Positions 1 to 12,361 of a DNA stretch of 64,000 nucleotides are shown here, piece after piece. Numbering within the stretch: position 1 is the stretch's first letter; every line of letters starts with the position of its first letter. The notes below the pieces were generated by a model that worked only from the letters and a program-made list of their open reading frames with translations, was not told the DNA's origin and searched no databases. The DNA is taken from the NCBI GenBank assembly GCA_964016885.1, contig OZ024759.1, forward strand, positions 10,726,001 through 10,790,000, in the 5' to 3' direction. Origin of the DNA: Eledone cirrhosa. Taxonomy: Eukaryota. Position numbers and translations under genes: made by a program.

Positions 1-79
1 TTAAAAATATATATCACTGATATATTTTTTGTGTATATTTATAAGATTTCTAGCAATAATTGATTTATTACATGTATGT

Positions 80-109
80 ATGATCTTATATATACACACA
101 TATATAGCG

Positions 110-142
<33 letters not shown>

Positions 143-145
143 TAG

Positions 146-202
<57 letters not shown>

Positions 203-247
203 TATATAGCGAGATATATATATATATATACACACATATATAGCGAG

Positions 248-278
<31 letters not shown>

Positions 279-315
279 TAGCGATATATATATATATATA
301 CACACATATATAGCG

Positions 316-353
<38 letters not shown>

Positions 354-367
354 ATACACATATATAG

Positions 368-401
<34 letters not shown>

Positions 402-404
402 CTA

Positions 405-461
<57 letters not shown>

Positions 462-856
462 CTATATATGTGTATATATATATATAAATATATAAATATA
501 TATATCGCTATATATGTGTGTATATATATATATATAGCGATATATATATATATATATAAATTTATTATTATTACTATATATATATATATATCGCTATATA
601 TGTGTGTATATATATATATATAGCGATATATATATATATATAAATTTATTATTATTACTATATATATATATATATATATATATCGCTATATATGTGTGTA
701 TATATATATATATAGCGATATATATATATATATAAATTTATTATTATTACTATATATATATATATATATATATATCGCTATATATGTGTGTATATATATA
801 TAGCGATATATATATATATATAAATTTATTATTATTACTATATATATATATATATT
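80..856. repeat. (TA)n compound satellite with orientation switch
   Basis: cacatatatagcga units change to tcgctatatatgtg units near 390. Confidence 0.9.
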
Positions 857-1163
857 TAATATAATTATGGCTTCTACAGAACTAGAACTGTTTCAATCGA
901 ATGACAGTTCTAGTCCTGTAGAAGCAATTTCTATATTAAACATGATGTTTACACTCTACTAATGTATTGAGTACCTTACTAACTATCACCACTGACTTTT
1001 TCAACGGAAACTATATAAACATAGAGTTTTGTTGTAATAAATCACAGCCATACTGGAATTGAACGATCAAGACAGTTGGGGTATGTCGTACATCAATTCA
1101 TGTATTTTATCTGATGAGGACGTACTGAAAAAACAGCACAGTATATGTTTTATTATATATATA

Positions 1164-1231
1164 TGTTTTATTATATATATTTCGGAGATACTGTGCTGTT
1201 TTTTCAGTACGTCCTCATCAGATAAAATACA
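1164..1231 (-). ncRNA. Type I hammerhead ribozyme motif within the inverted repeat 1088-1244
   Basis: Reverse complement: TTTTAT-CTGATGA-GGA..TACTG...CAGTA..TCC-GAAA-TATATA-TA-ATAAAA; all three helices can be paired. Confidence 0.75.
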
Positions 1232-1244
1232 TGAATTGATGTAC

Positions 1245-1310
<66 letters not shown>

Positions 1311-1607
1311 AATATGGTTTTATAAATATAGTTTCCATTTATTTAATATCATTGAATATTTACCCCCAGTAAGCTGTCGAGTGCTCTGAATCAGTTATAA
1401 ACATTTATATTTGTTGAATTTCCAACAAATTAAATATCCCTTCTGCTTATATATATATATATTTTCTATATATTTTATCTGAGGAGAACATGTTTTGCTT
1501 TATGTTTTACATAAAACTTTGCATCTTCGTAATATATCTAATGAAATAAATAGAGATGATGTAGAGTGTATATTTTTTGTTTATTACTATTATATATATA
1601 TATACAT

Positions 1608-1638
<31 letters not shown>

Positions 1639-2204
1639 TAAATATATATATATATATATAAATATATATATATAAATATAAATATATATATATAAATATA
1701 TATATATAAATATATATATATATGGGTACATTTTTACAATCTGTTTTGGTTTCAAAGTGAAAATGAAAATGAAATAATTTGATGTTTCAAATCTACAGAA
1801 TGAAATATAATTAGATTTAATTAGATATAATCGTATTTTTCTGATAAATCATTTCTTTGTTTTCTAAATTATATTTAATATTTCAATTGAAAATATAACA
1901 GAAAATAGGATGTGTGTGTATATATATATATATATATAGTAATAATATATATAGTAATATATATATATATATAAACACACCTTTTTATAAATAAATAAAT
2001 ATATACATATATGTGTCTAATATATATAAATATATATTTATAAAAGGGTTTATTTATGTATATATATATAAGTATGTATATACATTCATATATGTAAATA
2101 CTTACTATGAAATATTCCCTCCTCGGCTGTTTAACTGCCAGACATAAACAACACGTGTTTAATGACTGCGTCAATCACACGTCTCTTTTATATAGTGAAT
2201 ATAA

Positions 2205-3090
2205 TGTTTAGTTCAGTCACTAGAGGTCGCTACATGTATTTTATTGGCCGTTGTCCTCTTACTGGTTGGTCTAACTGGCAGAAATAATAGCCAAGTTCAA
2301 CTTTATAGAGTATATGGAAGGTATATATGGTATATCAGTGACTTGTGTGCTTTACCGTGAGCGCCTTCACGTAAACATTGGATATGTCTAGTGTATTAAC
2401 CTCTGTATGCTACAACATCTAGCTCATATGCACATTTTAGACATTGTGTAGTCTAGTGTAGGGAGATGGTACGTTATCTCCCTTGAATATTTGTTTAGAT
2501 GATGACAGTTCAGTCACTAGAGGTCACTACATGTATTTTATTGGCCGTTGTCCTCTTACTGGTTGTTCTCTCTGGCAGAGATAACAGCCAAGTTCTATTT
2601 TATATAGTATAGAGAGATGGTACGTTAACTCCCTTGATCGCAATTCAGTCACTAGAGGGTATTACATGCATTTTATTGTCCGTTGTCGTCTTTCTGGCAG
2701 AAATAGCAACCTAGTTCTGCTTTATACGACGTTCGGCTGCAGAGATCATAGACTGAAAAGTTTACAGGCTGGCCAAGATACTCTCATGAAATGACCAAAT
2801 GAGGTTTATTTTTCAACATAGTCCCTGGAAAGAAACAATGCAGTTATTAATAAGAAGAGATGAAATTAATGCATGCAAGATTTCATTGCTCTAGCATCAT
2901 TGCTTTATAGTCAACCTATGAACTTTTCAGCCAACCTATGAACTTTTCAGCCGACCCTTGTATAGTGCGAAGAAAGATGGCAGGTTATCTTTAGTTGACA
3001 GTTCACTCACTAGAGAACACTACAGGTATCTTATTGTCAGGTTGTCCTCTAACTGCTGGCACTCTCTGACAGAAATAGTAGTCAAGTTCC
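2205..3090 (+). repeat. Four diverged local repeats
   Basis: gttcagtcactagagg..ctacatgtattttattggccgttgtcctc at about 2211, 2508, 2645, 3001. Confidence 0.75.
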
Positions 3091-4037
3091 CTCATATTAC
3101 TCTACTTTCTTAAAATGAAATAAAGAACACATTAGTTTTATATATGCTATGTGGGTTCCTTTGATCGTATAACTGCTCGATCAGGGCTGACTTAGAGCTA
3201 AACAACAACTATACACTTTATGCATATCTAATAACGAGGGTGTCATCTACCTGGTCACTCGACCTGCTAGAAATAGCAGCCAATTCTTTTCCTTGAATCA
3301 CACCTTATCGTCTTGAAATAAAGATTACATATTAGATGATGTAGTTGTATATACAATATATCTGATAAATAAAAGGTGTGATGATCACGGATGGAGTGCT
3401 TCATAACAGATTTCCTAAAATACACTTCTTTTTATTTACAATGCACAGTGCGAAGAATTGAAACAAATACCGCAAGGCATTTTATCCGACACCGCATCGC
3501 TGGAATTCTTTTCGACCGCCCAGGAACGATGTAAAGTTAGCGTTGGTCCTCCGTCGGTGTCCGCGCTGAGGGTTCTAGTTGTTTGGAAAAACGGAACAAC
3601 CTGCTCGTGAAATTAACGTACAAGTGTCTGAGCATTCCAGGGGCACGTGTACCCGTAACGTAGTTTTCAGGGAGTTTCAGCATGACACAGAATGTGACAA
3701 GGCTGAACCATCATTTTAGGGGGTAGCTGAAGGGATTAAAGCAACATGAAATAAAGTGTCATACTCAAGGATACAATTCCTCACAAAGGCCGTGAATCGA
3801 ACGTACGACATTACCATCATGAGCCGAACACCCTAACCACTAAGCCATGGGCCTCCACATGGACACGTGTACCATTAACGTAACTATGTAGACACTCATA
3901 TATATATATATAAAGGAAAAGAGTCATATACATATGCATATATATATTTATTGGCAACATGACCTTCCCAATGTATAAACAATCTGTTAAGTGCTTTTTT
4001 ATCAGTTATCAAAAATGTTTAATTAAATATAACCTCT

Positions 4038-4330
4038 GTATGCATATATATATATATATGCATATATATATGCATATATATATATATGCATATATATATA
4101 TATATATATGCATATATATATATGCATATATATATATGCATATATATATATATGCATATATATATATGCATATATATATATATGCATATATATATATGCA
4201 TATATATATATGCATATATATATATATGCATATATATATATGCATATATATATATGCATATATATATATATATATATATATATGCATATATATATATGTA
4301 TATATAATGTATGTATATCTATAATGTATG

Positions 4331-4367
<37 letters not shown>

Positions 4368-4380
4368 TAGGGAGAGAGTG
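4038..4380. repeat. (TA)nTGCA compound microsatellite followed by (GA)n
   Basis: Direct observation. Confidence 0.9.
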
Positions 4381-5128
4381 ATTTAAGTTATTGAAGGGAG
4401 GTAACTCTATTAGGGCGCGGCAATTTCTTTTGAAGTCAGGTGACCATTATTTACATCCACCATGTTGGTTAGATGAGAGGGAGGACGACAGGTTTTGTGG
4501 AAGTGTGTTGTTTATTTAGCTCAGATCGTCTCCTTTCATCTGCCGTCTCCAAAAACAACCAAATTGACATCCAATGCCATCTATTTACGGATTAGACTAA
4601 AGAAATAAGTTCTACGAAAGCCAGAAAGAAACAGAGCAACCAGCTGTTGAAATAGCAATTAAAACTTATATACACACACATTATATATAGAAATATATGT
4701 GTACATATGCATATATATAGAAATGTATGTGTCTATAAATATATATATAAAACTTAAGAAAAATGGCTTCCTACCAATTTAATATATGACGTGTCATTGA
4801 GATCTATATATATATAAAAATATATATAACATTTGGTCAATATATAAACACACAGCTGACAGATTTGCCTTCATTTAAAGAAGATATTCCTGTCAACGAC
4901 AACTCGCCTTTCTTTTGTTTCGTTTTATTATTTTCTCTCTTTTTTTTTTTGTTTTTTGTTTTATTTATTTTTGGTTATAAGTAAAAAAAAAAATATATAT
5001 ATGTTGCGAAAATGAATGATTTCACAATAATCCTCCTTGCTGAATGCAACAGCAACTCCGAGTACCAACCACAGCCACAACAATAAGGGAACCCTACACG
5101 AAGTGAAGGAGTAGCAGCAAAAACAAAG

Positions 5129-5354
5129 ATGTGGGTACGGATAGTTTTGCTGATTATCTATATAGCTGTCTTGTTCGTTATTGCCCGTCTTTTGGAGACA
5201 TTTGCATGGTATGATGCCGGCCTGCTTGCTCACCGCTTGCTCGACCCTATGACACTGTCTGTGAAGAAATTGAAGGCACTTCTAGAGCAAAGAGGTGTTG
5301 GCTATGAAGGGATTGTCGAGAAGAAAGAACTAACAGGATTAGTAGAAGCCACAG
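5129..5354 (+). CDS. RNF103: RNF103 E3 ubiquitin ligase, coding exon 1
   Basis: ATG at 5129; MWVRIVLLIIYIAVLFVIARLLETFAWYDAG...DPMTLSVKKLKALLEQRGVGYEGIVEKKEL matches the RNF103 N-terminus; donor ACAG|GTAGGT, phase 1. Confidence 0.93.
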
Positions 5355-5589
5355 GTAGGTCGTCCGTCGTTCTTTCTTGCTTTTGTTGTTTTTTTTTATC
5401 TCTGTACCCCCCTCTTCTCCTTTCCGACATAGAACAGACACACAGTCTCCCTCTCTCACACTCACACACACGTGTGTGTGTCGGTTCTTTATTGCGGCTG
5501 TGATGAGTCTTGTTTCTCAAGATTTTCACCTGTGTACTCACAAGATCATCGGTATTGAGTACTCGTTCTCACGTCCGTCAACATCACGC

Positions 5590-6085
5590 TTATATGTGTG
5601 TGTATATATATATGTATGTATGTATACGTGTGTGTATATATATATATGTATACGTGTGATATATATGTATACGTCTGTGTATATATATGTATACGTGTGT
5701 GTATATGGATACGTGTGTATATATGTATACGTGTGTGTATATGTATACGTGTGATATATATGTATACGTGTGTATATATATATATGTATACGTGTGTGTA
5801 TATATATATGTATACGTGTGTATATATATATGTATACGTGTGATATATATGTATACGTACATGTGATATATATGTATACGTGTGTGTATATATATATATA
5901 TACGTGTGATATAATATGTATACGTGTGATATATATGTATACGTGTGTGTATCTATATGTATACGTGTGTATATATATGTATACGTATGTGTATATATAT
6001 GTATACGTGTCTGTATCTATATACAAAAACGAAGTGTGTGTGTGTGTGTATATATATATATACATGTGTGTGTGCATGTATATAC
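5590..6085. repeat. TATACGTG/(TA)n compound microsatellite
   Basis: Direct observation. Confidence 0.9.
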
Positions 6086-7388
6086 ACTTTTGCAAAATAC
6101 GTTGGTGGAGTCCTGTTACCAATAAAAACACACGCACCATCGTATTTTCATTTCAGCTTTTTTATTATTCCTCGGTCTGGTTTAGTAACTTAATAGTTAT
6201 TTAATTGTTAAATGTCTTTCGTCACACATCTATCACCTTCTCAATGACTTTTGATTTTGTTTTATTAACTCCTTTATATTACATTTTAACCTATACTGTC
6301 ACATTATAAAATATAAAAAAACAGGTCCCCCTTATATAGTATATGAAATCTTCAGACTCCATATTTTCTAGGGACCCCACACTGTTTTATACTAGAATAC
6401 TATATCCCTTTATATAGTATATGAAAGCTACAGGCTCCATATTATCAGGGGATCCCTACACTTTATATTAAAATATTCAATACTGTTACATCATAAAATA
6501 TAAACGTAGGACCACCTCCTTACTCACCGCCATCAGCACATAGTTGGCTACTCGTAGGTGTGATCCTGGCGAACGGGAATGGCTTTTCCAACACGTCTCC
6601 CTCATCATCCTCCGGGGAAAAACCTTCTCTATTCTGTCGGCTGGGGTCGCGGGCCGGGCAGAGCATGGGCCCCCATTTGCTTATGGTGGGGAGAGCGAGA
6701 GACGGAGGCAGTGACAATACCAGCATTTCCGAAGTATTCTGTAGACCCGATTTGATACTAATAGCTACCAATATATATTACCACATTAAACTAACAACTT
6801 TACACACGACACGACGGCAAATTTAATATATTCACACCATTTAAAGATTACTAAATAACTTTTTACAAGTATTGCCTGTCTTTTTATTATTTATTATTCA
6901 AATCCCGCCGAGGTTAACTTTGCCTTTCATCCTTACGGGGTCGATAAAATAAAGTACCAGTAATACACTGTGATAATTGCTGGCCTTGTGCCAAAAGTAG
7001 AAACAATTATTTTTGATGATTTTATTTAAGAATAAACGTGTGTATATATATATCTTTTTCTGTTTCTCCATTGTGATCCTGTCTCTATTTGTACTCCTGA
7101 AGAAGGACTTAAGGCCCACACGTCGAACTCTTCTTTCCTCTTTCCAATATAAAGTGTGAAACTAATAAGACTTTGTACCCCTGTTTGTTATATATATAAA
7201 TCAGAATGGATGCAATAAAAACGAGTTAGAATATTACTCACCAGAGTACTCGATACCTGGGTTAGTAGAGTGGGTAAAATGAAGGATTCGGGACTCGACG
7301 GCTAATCTCCTGCCGTTTCCACCGCTAGATCCGCTGTTCGGATCTTGGTGTTGAAGGGGCAGGAGCTCTACCGTCGGGGTCCCGAATC

Positions 7389-7428
<40 letters not shown>

Positions 7429-7795
7429 TAACAATATCGGTTTCAACACATATTTTCAGATAAAGAATCTTGCTAAACAAATTCAGAGACGAAATATATA
7501 TATATAGGAACGAGTAGGACCCCGACGGCTGAGCTCAAGCCGTTTCGACGTATTGAGTACTTTGGTGCGTTATGGTCCACCTGGTTCCTTACCACATTTC
7601 CTTCGTTATATATATATATATACAAATTTTAGCACAACATTAACGAAGGTTATATATATATATTTATATATATAACGAAGGAAATGTGGTAAGGAACCAG
7701 GTGGACCATACCGCACCAGAAGTACTCAATACTTAGGGTAGTAGAGTGGGTAATAGGAACAAGTAAGACCCCGACGGCTGAGCTCAAGCCTTTCC

Positions 7796-7828
<33 letters not shown>

Positions 7829-7967
7829 ATATATATATACACACGTCACAGGACGAGCTTCAGCGGTTTCCTTCTCTACCAAATCTCCACCCACATTACA
7901 TTGTTGTCAACACGAAACCAGATATAACAATAGACACAACACTCCGCCTCTTTCTTCAAATACAATT

Positions 7968-9132
7968 ACACCACCACACCACTACCTCCACCACTACTAC
8001 CACATTAACCGTACCGTCGCCACCACCACTACCACATCGACCATACCAACACCAACACCACTACTATCACACCACTACCACATTAACCACACCACTTCCT
8101 CCACCACTACTACCACATTAACCATATCAACACCACCTCCACCACTGCCACATCGACCATACCAACACCACCACCACTACTACTACCACATTAACCACAC
8201 CACTACTACCATACCACTACCACATCGACCATACCACCACACCACTACCACATTAACCATACCAACACCAACACCACTACTACCACACCACTACCACATT
8301 AACCATACCAACACTAACACCACTACTACCACATTAACCATACCAACACCAACACCACTACAACCACACCACTACCACCTTAACCATACCAACACCACCA
8401 CCATTACTACCACATTAACCATACCAACACCACCACCACTACTACCACATTAACCATACCAACACCACCACACCACTACCACATTAACCATACCAACACC
8501 ACCACTACTACCACACCACTACCACATTAACCATACCAACACCAACACTACCACATTAACCATACCAACACCACCACCACTACCACATTAACCATACCAA
8601 CACCACCACTACCACATCGACCATACCAACACCACTACCACATTAACCATACCAACACCAACACTACCACATTAACCATAACAACACCACCACCACTACT
8701 ACCATACCACTACCACATTAACCATACCAACACCACCACCACTACTACCACATTAACCATACCAACACCACCACCACCACCACATTAACCATACCAACAC
8801 CACCACCACCACCACCACATTAACCATACCAACACCACCACCACCACATTAACCATACCAACACCACCACCACTACTACTACATTAACCATACCACCACC
8901 ACCACCACCACCACCACCACCACCACTACTACTACATTAACCATACCACCACCACGACCACCACCACCACATTAACCATACCAACACCAACACTACCACA
9001 TTAACCATAACAACACCACCACCACCACTACTACCATACCACCACCACCACCACATTAACCATACCAACACCACCATCACACCAACATACCACCACCATG
9101 ACAACAGCATACCAACCTAACCAACACTACCA
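7968..9132. repeat. ACC-rich minisatellite (ccacattaaccataccaacacc core)
   Basis: Variable-length units, almost no G on the + strand. Confidence 0.9.
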
Positions 9133-9244
9133 CTTGTGTTTAAACACAATAACAATGGCAGGATGAACTTGTCAAACTTCCTACAACAGCTATTTAGCTA
9201 ATTAGATTGCCACTACGTTGTTTATATATTATATATACATATAT

Positions 9245-9296
<52 letters not shown>

Positions 9297-9299
9297 GTG

Positions 9300-9336
<37 letters not shown>

Positions 9337-9421
9337 ACGTTATTCCGAGTTGAATCGGAGGTAACCACAGTAAGTAAGGTACTCAATACATAGCAGAGTA
9401 TAAAAGTTTTAATATAGATGA

Positions 9422-9470
9422 GATTCTACAGGACTAGAACTGTTTCATTCTTTAGAAATCATCAGGAATC
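9422..9470 (-). ncRNA. Hammerhead ribozyme motif within the fold-back 9404-9531
   Basis: Reverse complement: GATTC-CTGATGA-T-TTCT-AA-AGAA-T-GAAACAG-TTCTAGTC-CTGTA-GAATC. Confidence 0.75.
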
Positions 9471-9818
9471 TGATGATTTCTAAAGAATGAAACAGTTCTA
9501 GTCCTGTAGAATCTCATCTATATTAAAACTTATATATATATATATATATATATATATTTCGTTTCTGAATTTGGCAACATGACCCTCCCAAAGTATAACA
9601 ATATATATATATAGATATATAGATATATATAGATATATATATATAACGAAGGTGTGGTAAGGAACCAGATGGACCATAACGCACCAGAGTACTCAATACT
9701 TAGGGTAGTAGAGTGGGTAATAGGAAAATGTTAGACCCCGACGGCAGAGCTCAAGCCGTTTCGGCGGCTATTTATATACATACACACTACGTTTGTGTGT
9801 ATACAGAGATCTCTACTA

Positions 9819-9867
<49 letters not shown>

Positions 9868-10195
9868 TGTCGACATTTATAATAAATAATTTCTATATAA
9901 AGACAATATATCAAACATTAATGATTGTCAAACAAGATGTTACAGCCATGACAAATTAATCTAAATACAAGCTATTCGCCCTCTCTCTCTATATATCTAA
10001 ATCTAGGGAGAAAGACATGTAAATAAGACATATGTATATATTTAGGTGATCCTTCGTTTTAGGTCTGGGCGTAAACAACTTCGGTTCTTTCCGACGTCCG
10101 AAGTCGAAGTCGTTCGATTTCCTTGAGTGTGTGTGTGTATACTCTTTTAGCTATTCCAGCCATCCGGCTGAGGCCATGCTGGGGCACCGCCCTTG

Positions 10196-10244
<49 letters not shown>

Positions 10245-10245
<1 letters not shown>

Positions 10246-10450
10246 CGAAGGAAAAGTGGTAAGGAACCAGGTGGACCATAACGCACCAAAGTACTCAATA
10301 CTTAGGGTAGTAGAGTGGGTAATAGGAGTAAGTAAGACCCCGACGGCTGAGCTCAAGCCGTTTCGACGGCTAATTCTGTACTGAATTCAGTACAGAATTA
10401 GCCGTCGAAACGGCTTGAGCTCAGCCGTCGGGGTCTTACTTACTCCTATA
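10245..10450. mobile_element. (TA)n-embedded fold-back element carrying the 3' half of a hammerhead; related copies at 7235-7392, 7505-7610, 7672-7795, 9645-9770, 56079-56258
   Basis: Perfect palindrome centred on GAATTC (about 10385); GAAACGGC-TTGAGCTCA-GCCGTC; shared aaggaaccaggtggaccataacgcacc segment. Confidence 0.7.
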
Positions 10451-10567
10451 TATATATATATATAATTTATTATTATTACTATATATATATATATATAACT
10501 ATTAAGCTCTGTTACCTACATAGAGCACTCTTTTTTCCTGGACTTTTCCGACGGAATTACTTCATTT

Positions 10568-10608
<41 letters not shown>

Positions 10609-10764
10609 GTAATAATAATAAATTTGAAGACTAAAATCCAAAGAGGGCTCGATAAGGATAAATATATATCAAATATATAAGAACCGTAGAGCAAATATTT
10701 ATTAAAATAACAGATTAAACTTTAAGCAAAGAATCGCTGCTTTCACCCTTAACGGGATCTTCTG

Positions 10765-10815
10765 AGTTTCAGAAGATCCCGTTAAGGGTGAAAGCAGCGA
10801 TTCTTTGCTTAAACT
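10765..10815 (+). ncRNA. Variant hammerhead motif (CAGAAGA core) within the fold-back 10696-10838
   Basis: AGTTT-CAGAAGA-T-CCC-GTTAA-GGG-T-GAAAGCA...TGCTT-AAACT. Confidence 0.55.
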
Positions 10816-10854
10816 TTAATCTGTTATTTTAATAAATATACATATATATATATC

Positions 10855-11180
10855 ATCATTTCATTTCATTTTACGTCCGCTTTTCCCTGCTTACAAGGGT
10901 GGGACGGGAACTGGTTTCTACAGCTGGATGCCCTTCCTAACACTAACCTCATTTACAGTGAGTGCTGGGTGCTTTTTTGCCGTGGCACCTGCACGACCAC
11001 TTTGCAGTGGAATGATAGGGACCCCAGTCCCTATCATCTCATTTCTACAGCTGAGTAAACTGGAGCAATGTGAAATAAAGTGTCTTGCTCAAGGAAACAA
11101 CACATCACCTGGTCTGAGAATTGAACTCACAACCTTTCGATTGCAAGGCCAATGCTCTAACCACTAAGCCATGTGCCTTA
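10855..11180 (-). mobile_element. tRNA-headed SINE with RTE-LINE-derived 3' tail
   Basis: Head with A/B boxes (tggcttagtggttagagc...gagttcaattc); tail matches the 3' end of the RTE at 61715-61770. Confidence 0.85.
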
Positions 11181-11279
11181 AATATATATTTCTCTCTATA
11201 TCTTTATTATTAATATTATTATTGATGTAGTAATTTGAATTTATAAATTTACAGTTACGCATATATTTTGTATTTTTCT

Positions 11280-11389
11280 CAGTTCTCTGACGAAATGATG
11301 GAGGTTTCATGTATTTTAAATTGAGTGCCACTAACCTCAGTGTTTAGCAATTTTTAGACAACTCTATCATAGAAGCAATTGTTAGACTG
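11280..11389 (+). ncRNA. Hammerhead motif with long helix II insert (homolog of the 16748-16862 motif)
   Basis: CAGTTCT-CTGACGA-A-ATGATGGAG...CTCTATCAT-A-GAAGCAATTGTT-AGACTG. Confidence 0.6.
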
Positions 11390-11698
11390 TAAATAAATTT
11401 CCTTGTTTGTACTGTTCACCATGTTATTCTTCACTTTTTCAATTTTATATATATATATATACACACACACGTACACACACAGAAGTTTATATATATTCAA
11501 TTAAATCTGGTGTTCCGCCGGTGGGTAGAATTGGTCGTTCTACAATGTTAGGAAAGCACTCGACAGAGAGTAAGTTAATATTTCAACTTTATATATGAAA
11601 AGGTTAATGACATAAGCAGTATCTTTCATTAGAAATATGTTAATGAAAGGATTAAAGTAATTAATTAAACGTCAAAATATCTTGTTTTTTCTCTTCAG

Positions 11699-11948
11699 GT
11701 GCTGTGACAGATGATGAAGTTCTAGAAGTTGGTGACATTGAAGATAATACTGAAGTGACCAATTTCACATCTGGTTATGACTTCTATGAACAAGTTGAAG
11801 ATACAAAAGACAGTGTCTGGCTGGTCCAAGTGATAGCTAGTGGTCACAATAGTTCGTTTATCAATAATGCAAGTTGGAAAAGTGTTCGAAAGAAAGTTGC
11901 CAAATTTGGAGTGAGAGCTGGTGTGATGGATTGTTCTCTAGATTGGAA
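11699..11948 (+). CDS. RNF103: RNF103 coding exon 2 (thioredoxin-like region)
   Basis: Acceptor ttttctcttcag|GT, donor AA|gtaagg; TNFTSGYDFYEQVEDTKDSVWLVQVI motif; phases match the flanking exons. Confidence 0.93.
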
Positions 11949-12009
11949 GTAAGGCTCAAATTTTATATGAAATTAATATCTATTTTGCTACACATCTGGG
12001 CTGTGAAAC

Positions 12010-12265
12010 TATGTTATGTGAGATAAAGCCTTTACCATGAAAATACAATAGTATATATAGAGTAATGTAAATATTATGTGAGATAAAGCCTTTACCATGA
12101 AAATACAATAGTATATATAGAGTAATGTAAATGTTATGTGAGATAAAGCCTTTACCATGAAAATACAATAGTATATATAGAGTAATGTAAATGTTATGTG
12201 AGATATTATGTGAGATAAAGCCTTTACCATGAAAATACAATAGTATATATAGAGTAATGTAAAAG
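12010..12265. repeat. TIR-less array of the MITE 60/73-bp unit in RNF103 intron 2
   Basis: About 4 units of ttatgtgagataaagcctttac...agagtaatgtaaat. Confidence 0.8.
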
Positions 12266-12361
12266 AGTTAAGAGAAAGAAAGTTAGTAATAAAAGATATT
12301 TAATTAAGACTAACTTAGATGTATTTGTCTTCCAATATACAAACTTTCTTTCTTATTCCAG

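Noticed and set aside
1-6204. Many YI/HT/CV-rich ORFs in the track (also 23107-25460)
   Set aside because: Translations of (TA)n/(CA)n microsatellites, not proteins
7809-8453. Thr/His/Pro-rich mucin-like ORF
   Set aside because: ACC-rich minisatellite with no splice or domain support
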